64,000 nucleotides of DNA from the human T2T-CHM13v2.0 reference genome, Homo sapiens. The translations under genes were made by a program, and so were the position numbers. The notes below the pieces were generated by a model. The model was not told the DNA's origin. It did not search any database and saw only the letters and a program-made list of their open reading frames with translations. Below, one piece after another: positions 1 through 13,797 of this stretch. The stretch lies in NCBI RefSeq assembly GCF_009914755.1, contig NC_060931.1; one strand, written 5' to 3'. Each line of letters starts with the position of its first letter. Position 1 is the first letter of the stretch.

Positions 1-289
1 GAGTTGCCTCCAGGATTGTGTCTTCCACGTCAAATGTGATGCGGGATATTTGTCCATCAAAGCACATGAGCCCATACCACAGGGTCTGTGTCATATTGTG
101 CAATGTCACATTGCACTGGTTACTGTTCCTTTATTCCAAAGACTAATGCTCACTGTCTCATGTATATTCCTCCTACAGAGTAGGAGTCTATAGAGTTGTG
201 AGGACCAAAATGAATGGAGAAGCATAGTAAAACTTATTTAGTAAACCAATTATAAAAAAGGTTTACTAAAGTTAGCAGTGCAAATTTCA

Positions 290-1120
290 GCCTTCTTGAC
301 ATCTACATATGGATGTCTAATACAGACGTCACAAACTTACCATGTCTCATACAGAACTCTCCATTCTCCCCCAAGCCTGCTTCTCCAACAGGCTTCTGAA
401 TTTCATAAAGATCAACTCCAGCTGGGCATGGCAGCTCACACCTGTAATCTCAACACTTTGGGAGGCTGAGGCAGGGAGGATCACTTGAGCCCAGGAGTTC
501 AAGACCAGACTGGGCAACATAGGGAGACCCTGTCTCTACAAAAAATTTAAAAATTAGCTCGACATGGTGGTGCACACCTGTGGTCCCAGCTACCAGGAAG
601 GCTGAGAAGGGAGGATTGCTTGAGCCCATGAGTTCTAGGTTATAGTGAGCTGTAATCATGCCACTGCAGTCTGGCCTGGGCTACAAAGAGAGACCCTGTC
701 TCTTTAAAAAAAAAAAAAAAAAAAAAAACTCCATTTTTTTTTTCCACTGTGCAGGTAAAAGAATTTGGAGTCATCTTTAAATACCCTTTCTCTCATATCC
801 ATCATCTTATCCAACCAACACATTGTTGGCTGTACATCTAAAATATATCCAGAATTAATTATATCTTATAGCCTTTTGTATAACCAAATTAGTCTAAAAC
901 ACTATCATCTCCTCCTGGATTACTGCAACAGACTCCTTCTATGCTTGCCCCCTTCGGCCTATTCACACAGTTTCTATAGTGATCCTTTCAAAATTTCAGA
1001 TCATGTCACTTCTGTGTTCAAAACCCTACAGTGGTTTTCCATCTACTTCTGGATATAATGCTGACCTTAACACACTTATGACTCTTCTTTTCACTCACTT
1101 TATTCCAGCCACTCTGTCTT
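290..1120 (+). mobile_element. L2 LINE fragment interrupted by an AluJ
   Basis: L2-like motifs ggatgtctaa...aaacttaccatgtc and cctggattactgcaacagactcct; boundaries approximate. Confidence 0.65.
421..728 (+). mobile_element. AluJ, full length
   Basis: dimeric Alu with J-type ggaggatcacttgagcccagg, poly-A, flanking aactcca duplication. Confidence 0.92.
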
Positions 1121-1127
1121 CTTTGCA

Positions 1128-1273
1128 TTTTTTTTTTTTTTTGAGACATAGTCTTGCTTTGTCACCCAGGCTGGAGTGCAGTGGTGCAATCTCAGCTCTG
1201 CAACCTCCACCTCCTGAGTTCAAGTAATTCTCGTACCTCAGCCTCCCGAGTAGCTGGGATTACAGGCGTGCAC
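1128..1273 (-). mobile_element. Alu right arm only (5'-truncated)
   Basis: poly-T then gagacatagtcttgct...gggattacaggcgtgcac. Confidence 0.88.
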
Positions 1274-1362
1274 CTGTAATTACATTCTATACAACTTGAT
1301 CTAAACCTTGTTTTTATTGTTTTGTTTGCTTTAGGCAAAGAAGTTTGTATTAAAACAACAAT

Positions 1363-1427
1363 TACAAAGAGGAGCTGGTACTATGCCTTCTGAAACTATT
1401 CCAAACAATAGAAAAAGAGGGACTCCT
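1363..1427 (+). mobile_element. isolated 65-bp L1 ORF2 fragment
   Basis: translates YKEELVLCLLKLFQTIEKEGL, against L1 ORF2p [21 protein letters not shown]. Confidence 0.85.
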
Positions 1428-2247
1428 AAGGTTTATATTTCAACGTTATAACTCTATGTATTTCCTCATTTATAGCTTAATTTATTCTTAAAGAAGCCCC
1501 ATATATTAGATAGAAGAAATGTTAGTATAGTACTAACTTACAGAAAAGATTTAAAGATAAAGATGGATAAGGTTCAAGAGGGGAAAAGACACACCAGAGA
1601 TTACATGAATTTTTTCAAATTCTACATCATTTTGTGGACTTTTGCCATAAACAGTTGTAGAAGAAATTGTCACTTCAGCCAAAAATCAAAACCTGCTGGT
1701 TCAATAGTATCTAGTTATATCAAGAGATTCATACAGTAGCAAAATTTAAGTTATTAAAATTATTAAAGTTTAAAGTTATTAAAGATAAAGACTGAAGTTA
1801 TTCTATTCTTGCCTTAATTTTTTAATGTGCTTTTCATTTCCTTCAACCTATATTTTAGAGGATTGTCTTCCCTCCCTTCTGTAACCATAGTGACTCTAAA
1901 CTTTCTTACAGCAATTAAATACATCCTTTCTTCAGTAGCAATTACTGTTTTATGTTGATTGAGCACTTTATACTCTCTTTTCTAAATAACTATTCTACAT
2001 GCATCTTGTTAATAGCATGAATAACAGCAATAGCAAATGGTTTATAAGTTATCTATATGCTCTACAGTATATAATGTTTAAATAGTTAACATGTTGCTAC
2101 AAAAAGCATGTGATATATTCGTAGGTTAGATATTTATTCAACATTTTCTTAATGATGATAACTAACACCCGTAAGGAGAAAATTAGTTTCATGCTGGGGT
2201 CCAAAATGGCCAATTAAGACAAACACCAGTAGAAAGGAGGCACGTAC

Positions 2248-2331
2248 CCCTTTAACTTGAGCAGCATCATTGGCGAGCCTGGTAGTCAATGCTCCAGTGG
2301 TGTTTTTAGGGTCATCAAACCAACTCACATC
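2248..2331 (-). CDS. ABCB1: ABCB1 exon 20 (84 nt; [28 protein letters not shown])
   Basis: gccacag|GATGTG ... AAAGGG|gtacgt; ORF 2149..2340. Confidence 0.98.
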
Positions 2332-2499
2332 CTGTGGCACAGAAAATGATTTTATTACCTTAAAGCTGTTTATGAGACTCTCAGCTCCAAGAGGGCAGCG
2401 ATGGGGTCAGTTTTGTTTATACTTATACCCCCTGCATTTAGTACTCAGGATGTGACATTCAATACACAAGAAAGAAACTTAATATAAAAACACATAAAT

Positions 2500-3485
2500 A
2501 GATCATTTCATTTGTCAGAAAAATTTCTGAGTGCCTACTTTCTCCTACGCATGATTTCTAAGTGTTGGACCTGTACGAACAAAAAAGACAAAGTAGCTGC
2601 TTTCATGAAGTTTAGATTCTAGAGATGGAAGGTACAAATAAAAGAAAAATTGAGCAGGGTAAGAAGAACAGAAAAGTGAGGGGAGGTGCTATTTTAGAGA
2701 CTGGGGAGGGGAAACAGAAGGCCTTTCTAAGGGGACATCTGAACAGAGGCCTGAATGAAGGAAAGGATGAGAATACCTCAGGGAAAGCAGAAACAGCATG
2801 TGCAAAGACCCTGAGGCAAAGGCATACCTAATCTGTTCATACACCAGCAAGAAAGCCTTAAAGGCTGCCAGCAGCCTAAAAAGAACCTTTGTATGAATTT
2901 GTAAAAGCCACCCCCTTCCTCTGGACAGATTTGTGTTCTGATTTGGCTCCTCTGATCCTCCCCTCCCCTACTCTTGGGCAGTGAGCCACTGTTTATGGAG
3001 TAGACGGTGTATTGGAAAAAGGCGGTTATAGGAGATGAGATTTGAGAGAGAGTGGGGGCCACATAGTGTATGGTCTTACAGGCGACTGTCAAGATTCCAG
3101 ACTTTACCCTGTGAGCTACAGGCAGCCTTCAGCAGGTTTGGGCAGTGGGATATGATTTGATTTCTATTTTAGAAAAATGACTGTGGCTGTTTTTAGGTGA
3201 ATCTACAGGATTGGGATAAAAATGGAGGTAGGGAGATCAGTTAGGAAGCTTTTGCAATGTTAACAGAAAGAGAAGAGTCAAAGATGGCTTCAAGGTTTTT
3301 AGCCCAAACAACTAGTAGAACGGAGCTGTCGCTTACTGATATAGGGGAAGAGTGGGTAAGGAATAAGGCTGGTGGGGAGGGGAAGAGTCAAAAGCTCCAT
3401 TTTGGAAATGTTAAACAGTGAAACTCTTATTAGACATCCAATAGAGAGGTTGAATAAGCAGTTAGATAAATGTAGCTCAGGGCAG
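2500..3485 (-). mobile_element. L2 LINE fragment
   Basis: tcatttcattt...gagtgcctact at one end, ttattagacatccaa at the other; boundaries approximate. Confidence 0.65.
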
Positions 3486-5057
3486 TATAAGTGATTTGAG
3501 TCAAAAACAAATCAGCAAAAGTAATCCAGATTAAAATATAACATTCAACATAAAATAAGATTTTCTTTGTAAAACCATTTATATTTTTAAATACACAGAT
3601 ACTAACATGATTGTGAATTTGAAGTATGAATTTATATGTTTTACAAATAACTGTGGTCCCTAAGAAGTTATCTAAACTGGTTATTTACATTAAAGAAGTA
3701 TCTATCATTTTTCCCAAAAATATTTAAGAAAAAATAGTGCTATAATTTATTATAGTATGTATCAACTTGCTTTTCAATATTCTTAAGTGGTTAAAAGTGT
3801 CTCCACACAGGAATGTAACTTCCTTGAACACAGGGACCATTCAGGTTTGAATGCCTTACAATACTAAGTACTAGACCTTGTAAGCAGAAGGCACTTAATA
3901 AATGCTTGCCCTACTTAACAATTTATGGAGGAGACATTCCACAAACCATCAGCTCAGCTGCCAAAGTATAATGGGCACAGCAGTTGGCCTGGAGGCTGGT
4001 TGGGTAATGGGAAATTTGGCCCTGGAGCAAGGTCAGTGTAGACCTAAGTGGAATCTGACTTATAAATACAGTTCGACCTGACAGTCCAAGGACAGGGTTT
4101 CCCATCAAACTGTGCTCTCTCACTTAGATTCAGTCCTGGCTCTGTCAGTCACTAGCTAGCAATTCCCATAAATACATTTTCTTTCTAAATGGTGATGGGA
4201 GGAATGGGGAAGAACTGAGGAACCAGAGACAGCTGGTAAAATGTGAATGCCCTCTAGAAAGCCTAACACACCAAACTGATGCCTCTTAGCCAGGGTTCGA
4301 GTACCCCTGGCACATCTGGGGCAGACTTCTAAAGCATCATTTTACTCAATGGCAAGTGATTAGTGATTTTTAAAACGGAAAGTTATTAGGTCACATACAA
4401 AATTTTCATGATTGTTAAAGGAACTTTCCCCTTTGAACCAGGCTGCTCTGAGTTACATTCCTCTAATTTCCTTCCCCATTTCCCCAGGAAAACATTCACA
4501 CGTGTCAATGGTTAGGGTTTTGAAGCTGCAAAATGTGAGAAGCATTCCATTAAACCCATTATCAGCCAGTAACACTGCAGCTTGAACTAGTATTTCAGAC
4601 TAGCCTCAGAAAAGAAAATGGGCAGTGAAGAACAGGACACAGGGATGAGTTTTGATTTGCGGAAAGAAAGAGTACAGAGGGCATCTCTTGGTGGGAAGAA
4701 ACACTCGTGCCCTGGGTTTGCCAGGAGAAAGAAGGAAAGAGAGGAAAGGGATGAGGGGTATCAAAGATGCCTTCTGCCTGCACTGCCCACCACTGCTGAG
4801 ACACAGGCTGGAGGTGAATCCACGCTGGAGGCTCTGTCTCAAACTGGTCCAGTTCCTTGTGCCCACCCAGACCTGACAGACAGTAGAGCCTCATCTGTGC
4901 CTAGTGGGCGGTTCAACCGCATCTCTGACGTGAGACTGAGGGACAACCAATATAGGAGCTAGGCCTGGGAAACATGACAGAGCTCCCACTGTCTGAGTCC
5001 AAGGGGCACACATGGGGAGTTCTACACATCCCAGGGCACAGCCCTCGATAGACATAC

Positions 5058-5135
5058 CTGTCTGAGCATGGATCGGAAAACCATGTATCGGAGCCGCTTG
5101 GTGAGGATCTCTCCAGCTTTGCCAAATGTGAAACC
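5058..5135 (-). CDS. ABCB1: ABCB1 exon 19 (78 nt; [26 protein letters not shown])
   Basis: cccacag|GGTTTC ... AGACAG|gtatgt. Confidence 0.98.
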
Positions 5136-6222
5136 CTGTGGGCAGGAACATACCTTGTCAGGGACCCAGCCACCATTTAAATAAAAGGAGGGAGAATTGA
5201 TGTCTTTGCTAAAGCAGGAGATTAGACAAAGTCAGAAAGCCTGATTTCAAGGGCTTGCTATGTTTCTGTGACTGTGTGCCATGGCACAAGGCTGTACGGG
5301 TGGTGTAGACAGAAAAGCCCACTTTACAGAAGAAACTGAGGCTTAGAGAGCCTGATAAGATCCATAGCCCACAGTTATAAGGTCACAGAGTTGGAATCTT
5401 AATCCAGATGCATGAGAATCCTAACCAGAATGGGAATCCAGAGCCTGAGCTTTTAATTACCCACTGGACTCCCTCCCCATGTTACTAAGATGAGGAGTTG
5501 GGTGGTCTAACATCTTTAGGCATTTTGCTATCTCTAGACTTCTAAGGTCCTATAACTCATAGACTTTGTTCTCACCTGTTTTCTAGGCAAGCTAGGTTCC
5601 AGTCCCCCCAAGCACCATGTTATGAAGGTAGTCCTCTAACTTCTTTTGCTTCACCAATTCAAATCGTCAACATTTAAGGGACCAGCTCAAAGCCCACCTC
5701 ACTCCAACTTTCTTAACCAAATTTACATTGAGCAATCTTTACCTCCTCCAAACACCTGTGGTATTAATAGTTGGTATGGCAATCCTATAAGTAGTTAGAG
5801 TGTCACATTTATTCTAGTAAGGTCAAATTCCCCAGTGAGGCTGTAAGTACTCAGTAAAGAAAGAATTCAGTCTGTTTTTTCTTTTGCACCTCTTATAATG
5901 TCCAGAAAAATATTCTATTTTTTAAAAATGTAATACATGCTTACATGTTAAATAAAGAGATCTAGTCACAGTTTTATCTTTAAAAATTACAGGTGGCTAA
6001 TCATTCAATTAATAAGTGATTACCTACTACTGCCTCATGCAGGCCTGAGCACTTGGTCACATGATCCTTTTAATCATCAAGAGGCAGGTACCTGCATCCC
6101 TAGTTTACCGCTAAGGAAACAGAGGCTTAGACAGTTTACTTATGTGCCCAAGGACACAAAATCAGAAACAGGTACAAGGAGCACTTGAACCAAAACCAAT
6201 ACTGTCTTGCCATACCAAACAG

Positions 6223-6539
6223 TATTTATTTATTTATTTATTTATTTAGAGACAGGGACTCACTCTGTTGCCCAGGCTGGAGTGCAGTGGCACGATCATG
6301 GCTCACAGCAACCTCCTCCTCCTGGCCTCCTGGGTTCCTGAGACATTTCCTGCTTCAGCCTACTGAGTAGCTGAGACTACAGGTGTGGATCACCACGCCC
6401 TGTTAATTTTTGTATTTTTAGCGGAGACAGAGTTCCGCCATGTTGGCCAGTCTGGTCTCAAACTCCTGACCTCAGGTGATCCACTCACCTTGGCCTCCCA
6501 AAGTGCTGGGATTACAGGCATAAGCCACCACACCTGGCC
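6223..6539 (-). mobile_element. Alu (S/J type) with (TTTA)n tail
   Basis: full dimer reverse complement; catac(c/t)aaac flanking duplication. Confidence 0.92.
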
Positions 6540-7146
6540 CTCATACTAAACTTTTAGAGTACTTAATTCCTTGCCATTTCATTTCAGCCAAATGATTTGC
6601 AAGCTGTAAAAATCTGACTCTTTACAAATGTTTCCTACATTTTTTGTTGGAGGATTGACATTCTTCCATCACTGAAATGATTCTTTCTCCTTGAACAAAA
6701 GTTGAACGATAAACTCTTCAAACCCTTTTTAAACCCATGTGACCCGCTTATGGGGTTTTGTTTGTTTGTTGTTGCTTTTAGAACACGGGAAGACATTTCT
6801 TTGAGTATTTACATTTACTGGCAATACTTATATCCAAACTTACATCCAGGGCTCCCCCACACCCCATTTTGAAGTCCCTGCCTTTCACCTCCAATCATCA
6901 TATCAGGCCAAATACTCTGTTCCCCCTGGTTTCATTGCGGGAGGTAAGGGTGGAGAGGAGAAGGTAAGCAAGGGAGCCAGAGGAGGCAAACATCTTTTTT
7001 CACTATGTCAGAAAAACTTGGCTGTTAGTAGCCATGTTAATAGAGAAGTTCTACTAAAAGGCCAATTACACTGATGTTTATAAATCCCCCCAGTTGAATA
7101 ATGATGCATTTCTCAAAATGAATATAGTGAAAATGGAAACATTTAC

Positions 7147-7254
7147 CTGAAGGAAAAATGTAATAAAAGAAATAATTCCAAGGGCTAGAAACAATAGTGA
7201 AAACAAGTTACTATTCTGTCGTTTTGTTTCAGGATCATCAATTCTTGTAAAAAC
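7147..7254 (-). CDS. ABCB1: ABCB1 exon 18 (108 nt; VFTRIDDPETKRQNSNLFSLLFLALGIISFITFFLQ), TM8
   Basis: ctcacag|GTTTTT ... CTTCAG|gtaaat. Confidence 0.98.
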
Positions 7255-8069
7255 CTGTGAGAAAACATTTAAAGGATTTTTAGTTCAATCAGTGAAGAAC
7301 CCATCCTGGACCTGACCCATTTCCCATCTGGCCCAGTATTCAGGGGTCAGGAGAGCCTTAGTACGCTGGAAATTGGGGTTGGCTTTCCTATTGCCAGCCT
7401 TAAAGGTGTCTGCATTCTCCCTTCTGTGGAGGCCAAGGATAGGTCTATCATTCATAAATTGATCCAGTATTTTTTCTGTTCGGATTCCCTCTTGGAGTCA
7501 TGAGTGCCACCTCAACTGTGTAAAGTTGAAATCAGAACAAATACTCTCCTCTTCCCTTGGTGGGGAACTACATTTATGGCAGTTCATTGCTTTACTATTT
7601 GGACATTTCAAACTGTCCCAAGGTGCCTGGGGAAAACCTGATGTGGTTTTTTGGTGAACCACAGAGTGGTGGTCATTCACTCAGCCCAGGCCTTTCAAAA
7701 AGAAAGGAATTTCCTTGAGCCTGCCTTCTTGGTAGGATGGCCAGTTAAGAGAGCCAGTTGGAAACTACAGCTACCTGACCTAGCACCATACCTGAAATTT
7801 TTTCCAGAGATAGTTATAAGGGCTAATAGGATGTTTTGGACTCAAGGAACACAGAGAATAACCATTCCTCAGGGAAAGAAAACACGTATCTCCCTTCACA
7901 GTGGGCCAAAATCAGTCTTGTAAGATAGTAACATTCCTAGCCCAGGACAGACAACTTTATCCTTCATAAAAAAACAAACAAATAACAACAACAACAAGGA
8001 TTTTTGAAGAGATTAAATAATTTTTTTTGACTAGTCAGTCCAACAAAAATCATAACAATTACCAAATTC

Positions 8070-8290
8070 TTACTCTATGCCAGGCATTATTCTAAGCAAA
8101 TTCATATATACTATTCCTCTAATCCTGGCAACCATCTCCAGAAGTATGATTTATTATCATCACGGTTTTACACAGATAGAAACTGAAGTACAGAGAAGGT
8201 AATTAATTTGCTCAAGTTAACACAGCCAGCAAGGGATGACTCAAGGATATAAATCCAGGCAATCCGATGCAGAGCCCACTATCTTCAATG
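8070..8290 (-). mobile_element. MIR
   Basis: tttacacagatagaaactgaagtacagagaaggtaattaatttgctcaagttaacacag core. Confidence 0.65.
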
Positions 8291-8521
8291 AGGCAGATGT
8301 CTGGTTGCCTACTCAATATCTAAGAGCTAATATCCCAGCCCTGGGTCACTTACCTCCAGACTTATTGTCATATGAAGAATGAGAAAAGTATAAAATCATA
8401 AGTTGAGGTTTTGTTACAACCAAACCCATTCCTAACTTAACCATTTCCTTTTTTTTTTTTCTCTGATGACACCACAGTCTACCCCCGCCAACCCCCAAAA
8501 CCTGCAAGACACATGTTAGTG

Positions 8522-8719
8522 CAAGGATCAGCAAACTATGGGCCACTGGCCAAATGTTTATATAAAGTTTTAATGGAACACAGTCGTGTTCATTCATTTC
8601 CACATTGCCGTTGTGTACTACTAGGTCAGAGTTGAGTATCTGCAACAGAAATCATGTGGCATGCAAAGCCTAAAATATTTACCATCTTACTGTTAATAGA
8701 AAAAGTTTGCTGACTCCTG
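8522..8719. mobile_element. MER58A-like hAT-Charlie MITE
   Basis: termini caaggatcagcaaact ... agtttgctgactcctg (inverted); aaagttttaatggaacacag core. Confidence 0.75.
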
Positions 8720-8784
8720 CCCTGGACCATATACTCTACAGAATCAGACATTTGATCACATTCTCGGAATTTTTTCAACAACTA

Positions 8785-9129
<345 letters not shown>

Positions 9130-9917
9130 TCATTAAACATGAATTCATGAATGAATATATTAAACTGAAATAAGCTAACCAGGCATGAGTAGACCTGAAT
9201 AGTCATATATATTTTGTAGAATCAAAAGTCAGTGTTTAGCTTATGCTTCTTGTGGTGATCAATCTCTTTCTCCACAATGTTTTCAGCAGTTATGGCAAGG
9301 GTGTCCTCAGCTTGATGTTTGGACATATGTCACTAAACAGAGAGCATTCCTTTTAGATTGTAACTTTACTGTTGAAAATGCCACCATTAAGATGAGGTGG
9401 AACTAACACATGTCAACCTCAATCTTTAGGAAGCCGTTCCTATTTGTTTTAATCTTAGCAAGTGGGATGAAAATTACATCTTACAAAAGAAGCATGCTAG
9501 GCTTACTCACATCCTGGAAAGTATGTATGTTAGAGAACAGTGCATTCTCAAGCCAGCCTGACAAACATTTGAGGAACTCTCTTTGCACATTGGTGAAATG
9601 AAAGTTCACAAGATTTGTTCAGAGCCAAATGTTGGCAGGTATGAGAAAGTCATCTCATCACTTTCATTGACTATTTCAGGAAGCTGGTCTTTAGTTGCCC
9701 AGGTTAGAAACCAACTGTGATGACAAAGGAAGGTTCACAAAGTTAGCTCTCCTATCACAAACCAGACTGCTATTCTTACATCTTCAAGCCAATTAGTTTC
9801 ATATGGAGATACGTGGATTTTGTTGTTTTTGTATCCCAGTTCAGACACAAGCACTTTATTCGTTCATTCTTCCATCAGGATTCACAAGTAAATCACACAA
9901 ATGGGCATCACACTTAC

Positions 9918-10064
9918 CCCTATAATCTTTGAAAATATTATTGCAAATGCTGGTTGCAGGCCTCCATTTATAATGGCACAAAATACACCAACAACAAAAT
10001 AAGGCCATTCAGTTAAATTTAGCTTCATAATCCTCCAAAAGGAAACTGGAGGTATACTTTCATC
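9918..10064 (-). CDS. ABCB1: ABCB1 exon 17 (147 nt; [49 protein letters not shown]), TM7
   Basis: ttctag|GATGAA ... ATAGGG|gtaagt. Confidence 0.98.
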
Positions 10065-10611
10065 CTAGAAAACACAAATTATTACAACAGGCTAGTTAAA
10101 AACTTTTATATGTACAATTCTTACATACGCACAAAAATTTGTAAAGGAATATATCCTATCCTTATTCCTTATCAATGAATAAGTGATGACAATTTTGCTT
10201 TAAAAAATGTCATAGTGATTATTATTTAGCTTCAAAAAAATGTTGACAAATTTTGCTACAATACTCCTTTATTTTTTAAAAAATAAATGATGTTTCCACA
10301 AACACTTACTTTTATTTGGTACTCAGAACCTGACAAGAGTATTTATAAGCAGGAGTAAACAGAATGGAAATTTTGATATTTGAAGACCCGCTATAGTCTC
10401 TTTACACTATAAATTTTAATTCTAAAAATTCTGCTGTGTAAATTAATACTTTTAAATTCTAACCTGATTCTAAAATGTTGACATTCTGGGGGATAGGACA
10501 GGAGGATTCTGGATAACCTCTCTTGTTCCCACTCCTACCGTAGCCCTAGCCCACCAAACTAGGGAACCACAGTTAGTGAGATTAAAACAAACTCCGCATC
10601 TCCCTTCATAC

Positions 10612-10788
10612 CAGAGCCTCTTTGGTACTAAGCTTTCTGTCTTGGGCTTGTGATCCACGGACACTCCTACGAGTTGATCTTTTTCTTATTAGACTGGATC
10701 TTGAATCATTTGAAGACATTTCCAAGGCATCAATTTCACTTTTGGATTCATCAGCTGCATTTTCTAATTCAACTTCATTTCCTGCTGT
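10612..10788 (-). CDS. ABCB1: ABCB1 exon 16 (177 nt; TAGNEVELE...RKRSTRRSVRGSQAQDRKLSTKEAL), linker with PKA/PKC serines
   Basis: ttttag|ACAGCA ... GCTCTG|gtatga; translated by hand. Confidence 0.98.
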
Positions 10789-10933
10789 CTAAAATAAATA
10801 AGAAATATGCAAAAGCTCATTAGGCTGTGTGTTAACCAATGAAAGCTAATCACTGAATGTCAGCTATCAAGGAAAACAGCAATTTGTTTAGTAACTGCAG
10901 AAAAGGATAAAGCTAATCTGCTGTGTTGTTTTA

Positions 10934-10965
10934 TGTGTGTCTGTGTGTGTCTGTGTGTGTGTGTG
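10934..10965. repeat. interrupted (TG)n microsatellite
   Basis: tgtgtgtctgtgtgtgtctgtgtgtgtgtgtg. Confidence 0.85.
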
Positions 10966-11099
10966 ATATTTGAAAATGAAAACCACCAAAGAAGAATTCC
11001 CACTGCATATACTGAAATAATCTGGCATTCATTCCATGTATCTTATCTTCTCACGCCATTTTTTGTGGGTGTTTTGACTCAATCAAGTTTACTCTGGAT

Positions 11100-11432
11100 C
11101 AGTGCTTTCAACAGAAATATGGCACAAGCCATGCTATGAGCCATGTTATTTTAAATTTTCTAGAAGCCATGTTAACAAATGTAAAAAGAAAGAAGTGAAA
11201 TTAATTTTAGTTATATATTTTATTTCACCTAATATATCCAATATATTATTGATATCCCATGATATCGTTTCAACATGTAATCAATATAAAAATTGAGATA
11301 TTTTGCATTTTTTGTACTAAGTCTTCAGAACAAGATGTGCACACTCTACTTAAAACATTCCAATTCAGATTCACTACCATTTAAATGCTGTACAGACACA
11401 TGTGGCTACTGACTACTATAACGGATAACTCA
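11100..11432. mobile_element. MER33/MER3-like hAT DNA transposon
   Basis: cagtgctttcaacagaaatat ... ttttaaattttctagaagccat ... cacatgtggctact. Confidence 0.65.
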
Positions 11433-11651
11433 CCTTGAAACCTTTTAATTTTTTTATCTGTTTATCCTTCTTTATTTTCCCCTCTTTCAAGAGAGAAAAA
11501 AAATCTTAAACACTGGTCTCATCCTGAATCCCCCAGGTGTTGTTTCCTACTTTGTAAGGTAATCAAATCAAATAATATTTATTTTTAGCATTAAATGCAA
11601 AATCAGTTTATCACTGAGATGACTTAGGAAAATTCTGAAGTTAAACTATAC

Positions 11652-11813
11652 CTGCATTGTGACAAGTTTGAAGTAAATGCCTTTCTCTTTCATGAGTTCA
11701 TCATGATTTCCTTTCTCCACAATGACTCCATCATCGAAACCAGCGATGACGTCAGCATTACGAACTGTAGACAAACGATGAGCTATCACAATGGTGGTCC
11801 GACCTTTTCTGGC
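11652..11813 (-). CDS. ABCB1: ABCB1 exon 15 (162 nt; [17 protein letters not shown]...FKLVTMQ), H-loop
   Basis: ctttag|GCCAGA ... ATGCAG|gtatag. Confidence 0.98.
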
Positions 11814-12095
11814 CTAAAGAGAGAGAAATTTGGTTTTTGAATACATTAACAATTACCTGAAGAAACTTAACCATTCAACATATATTTACTGAACCAATGC
11901 TGTGGGCATTGTAAAACCATCAAATCTATATAAGATAGCCTCTGACTTCAATAAATGTATAGACAATTGATAATAGTTAAAAATGATGTTTCCTTGTAAT
12001 AAATACAAACACAAATATAACAGTCACATATTAATATTATGTAAGCCCCCAAATATTTTATTTAACCTAAATTTGCAGTAATAATCAGGGGCTTG

Positions 12096-12380
12096 GGCTG
12101 GGCGTGGTGGCTCACGCCTGTAATCCCAGCACTTTGGGAGGCCAAGGTGGGTGGATCACAAGGTCAGGAGATCAAGACCATCCTGGCTAACACAGTGAAA
12201 CCCCATCTCTACTAAAAATACAAAAAATTAGCTGGGCATGGTGGCGGGTGCCTGTAGTCCCCGCTACTTGGGAGGTAGAGCTTGCAGTGAGCCAAGATCG
12301 CACCACTGCACTCCAGCCTGGGTGACAGAGTGAGACTCCATCTCAAAAAAAAAAAATAAAAAATAAAAAAATAATAATAA
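12096..12380 (+). mobile_element. AluY with internal deletion in the right arm
   Basis: Y-type gagatcaagaccatcctggctaacacagtg; TSD taataatcaggg(g)cttg. Confidence 0.92.
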
Positions 12381-13211
12381 TCAGGGCTTGTACAAACCAA
12401 CAAATTCCTACAGACCAGGCGTTGGCCAATCAAAACAAACACAGGCCATTGTGCTGTACTGATACACACCGGCTAGTAATCAGCCCTAGGAATTATAATA
12501 TCCTATCCCGCATGACCCCCTGGATGAACAAGACAGACAATAAATGTGAGGCAGCAAAGTCCAGACCTCAATGTCACACTGACCTGAAATAAATTTATGA
12601 ATTTATTTTATCCAATAAAATATTTTATCCAAGGAAACTGTGTGAGACTCAATTTATTCATATGTAAAATGGGGATAATAATAGTATTTACTTCTTAGAG
12701 TAGTTGTGATGACTAAATAAAATAAAGCACATAAAGTACTCAACACTGTGCCTTATCCATAGTTAGTGATACTTATTCCTAGGTTGAAGAATTATGGAAA
12801 AATTGAAGAGTCACGTAAGTCTCTTTTATTTTCATAAAGGAACAGAGCCAGATATCCAGGCCTTGTCTGAGACTTCTCTAACCTTTGTAACTTTCCCAAT
12901 GCTCATAATTTTTGTTACTCTATATGTCTCTCTAGTAACTAGCAATACAATTCTCAAAACCAACACACAACATTTTCAGGATCCATAGGATAAGTAGAAG
13001 TGGAAAACTTCAAAAAGAAAAAATACACAAGGAAAAATTAGGTGGTAGAAACTAGAAAATACAGAAGAAAATAGATCAATTTTTGTATCTTTTTAAGAAA
13101 AAAGGGGTATGTGGAATTTCCCCTCAAAATTTACACCCTAAAGTATTTTAAAATATAACCTTTTAAAATTGTTTTTATTTATAATTTAATACATAGTTTC
13201 ACTATAGATTA

Positions 13212-13795
<584 letters not shown>

Positions 13796-13797
<2 letters not shown>

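Noticed and set aside
4595-5176. Cluster of overlapping ORFs near exon 19
   Set aside because: Locally higher GC lowers stop frequency; no homology recognised, and only 5058-5135 fits the gene.
7310-7351. 8-bp stem CCTGACCC/GGGTCAGG upstream of the exon 18 acceptor
   Set aside because: Short stem that does not extend; not distinguishable from chance without conservation data.
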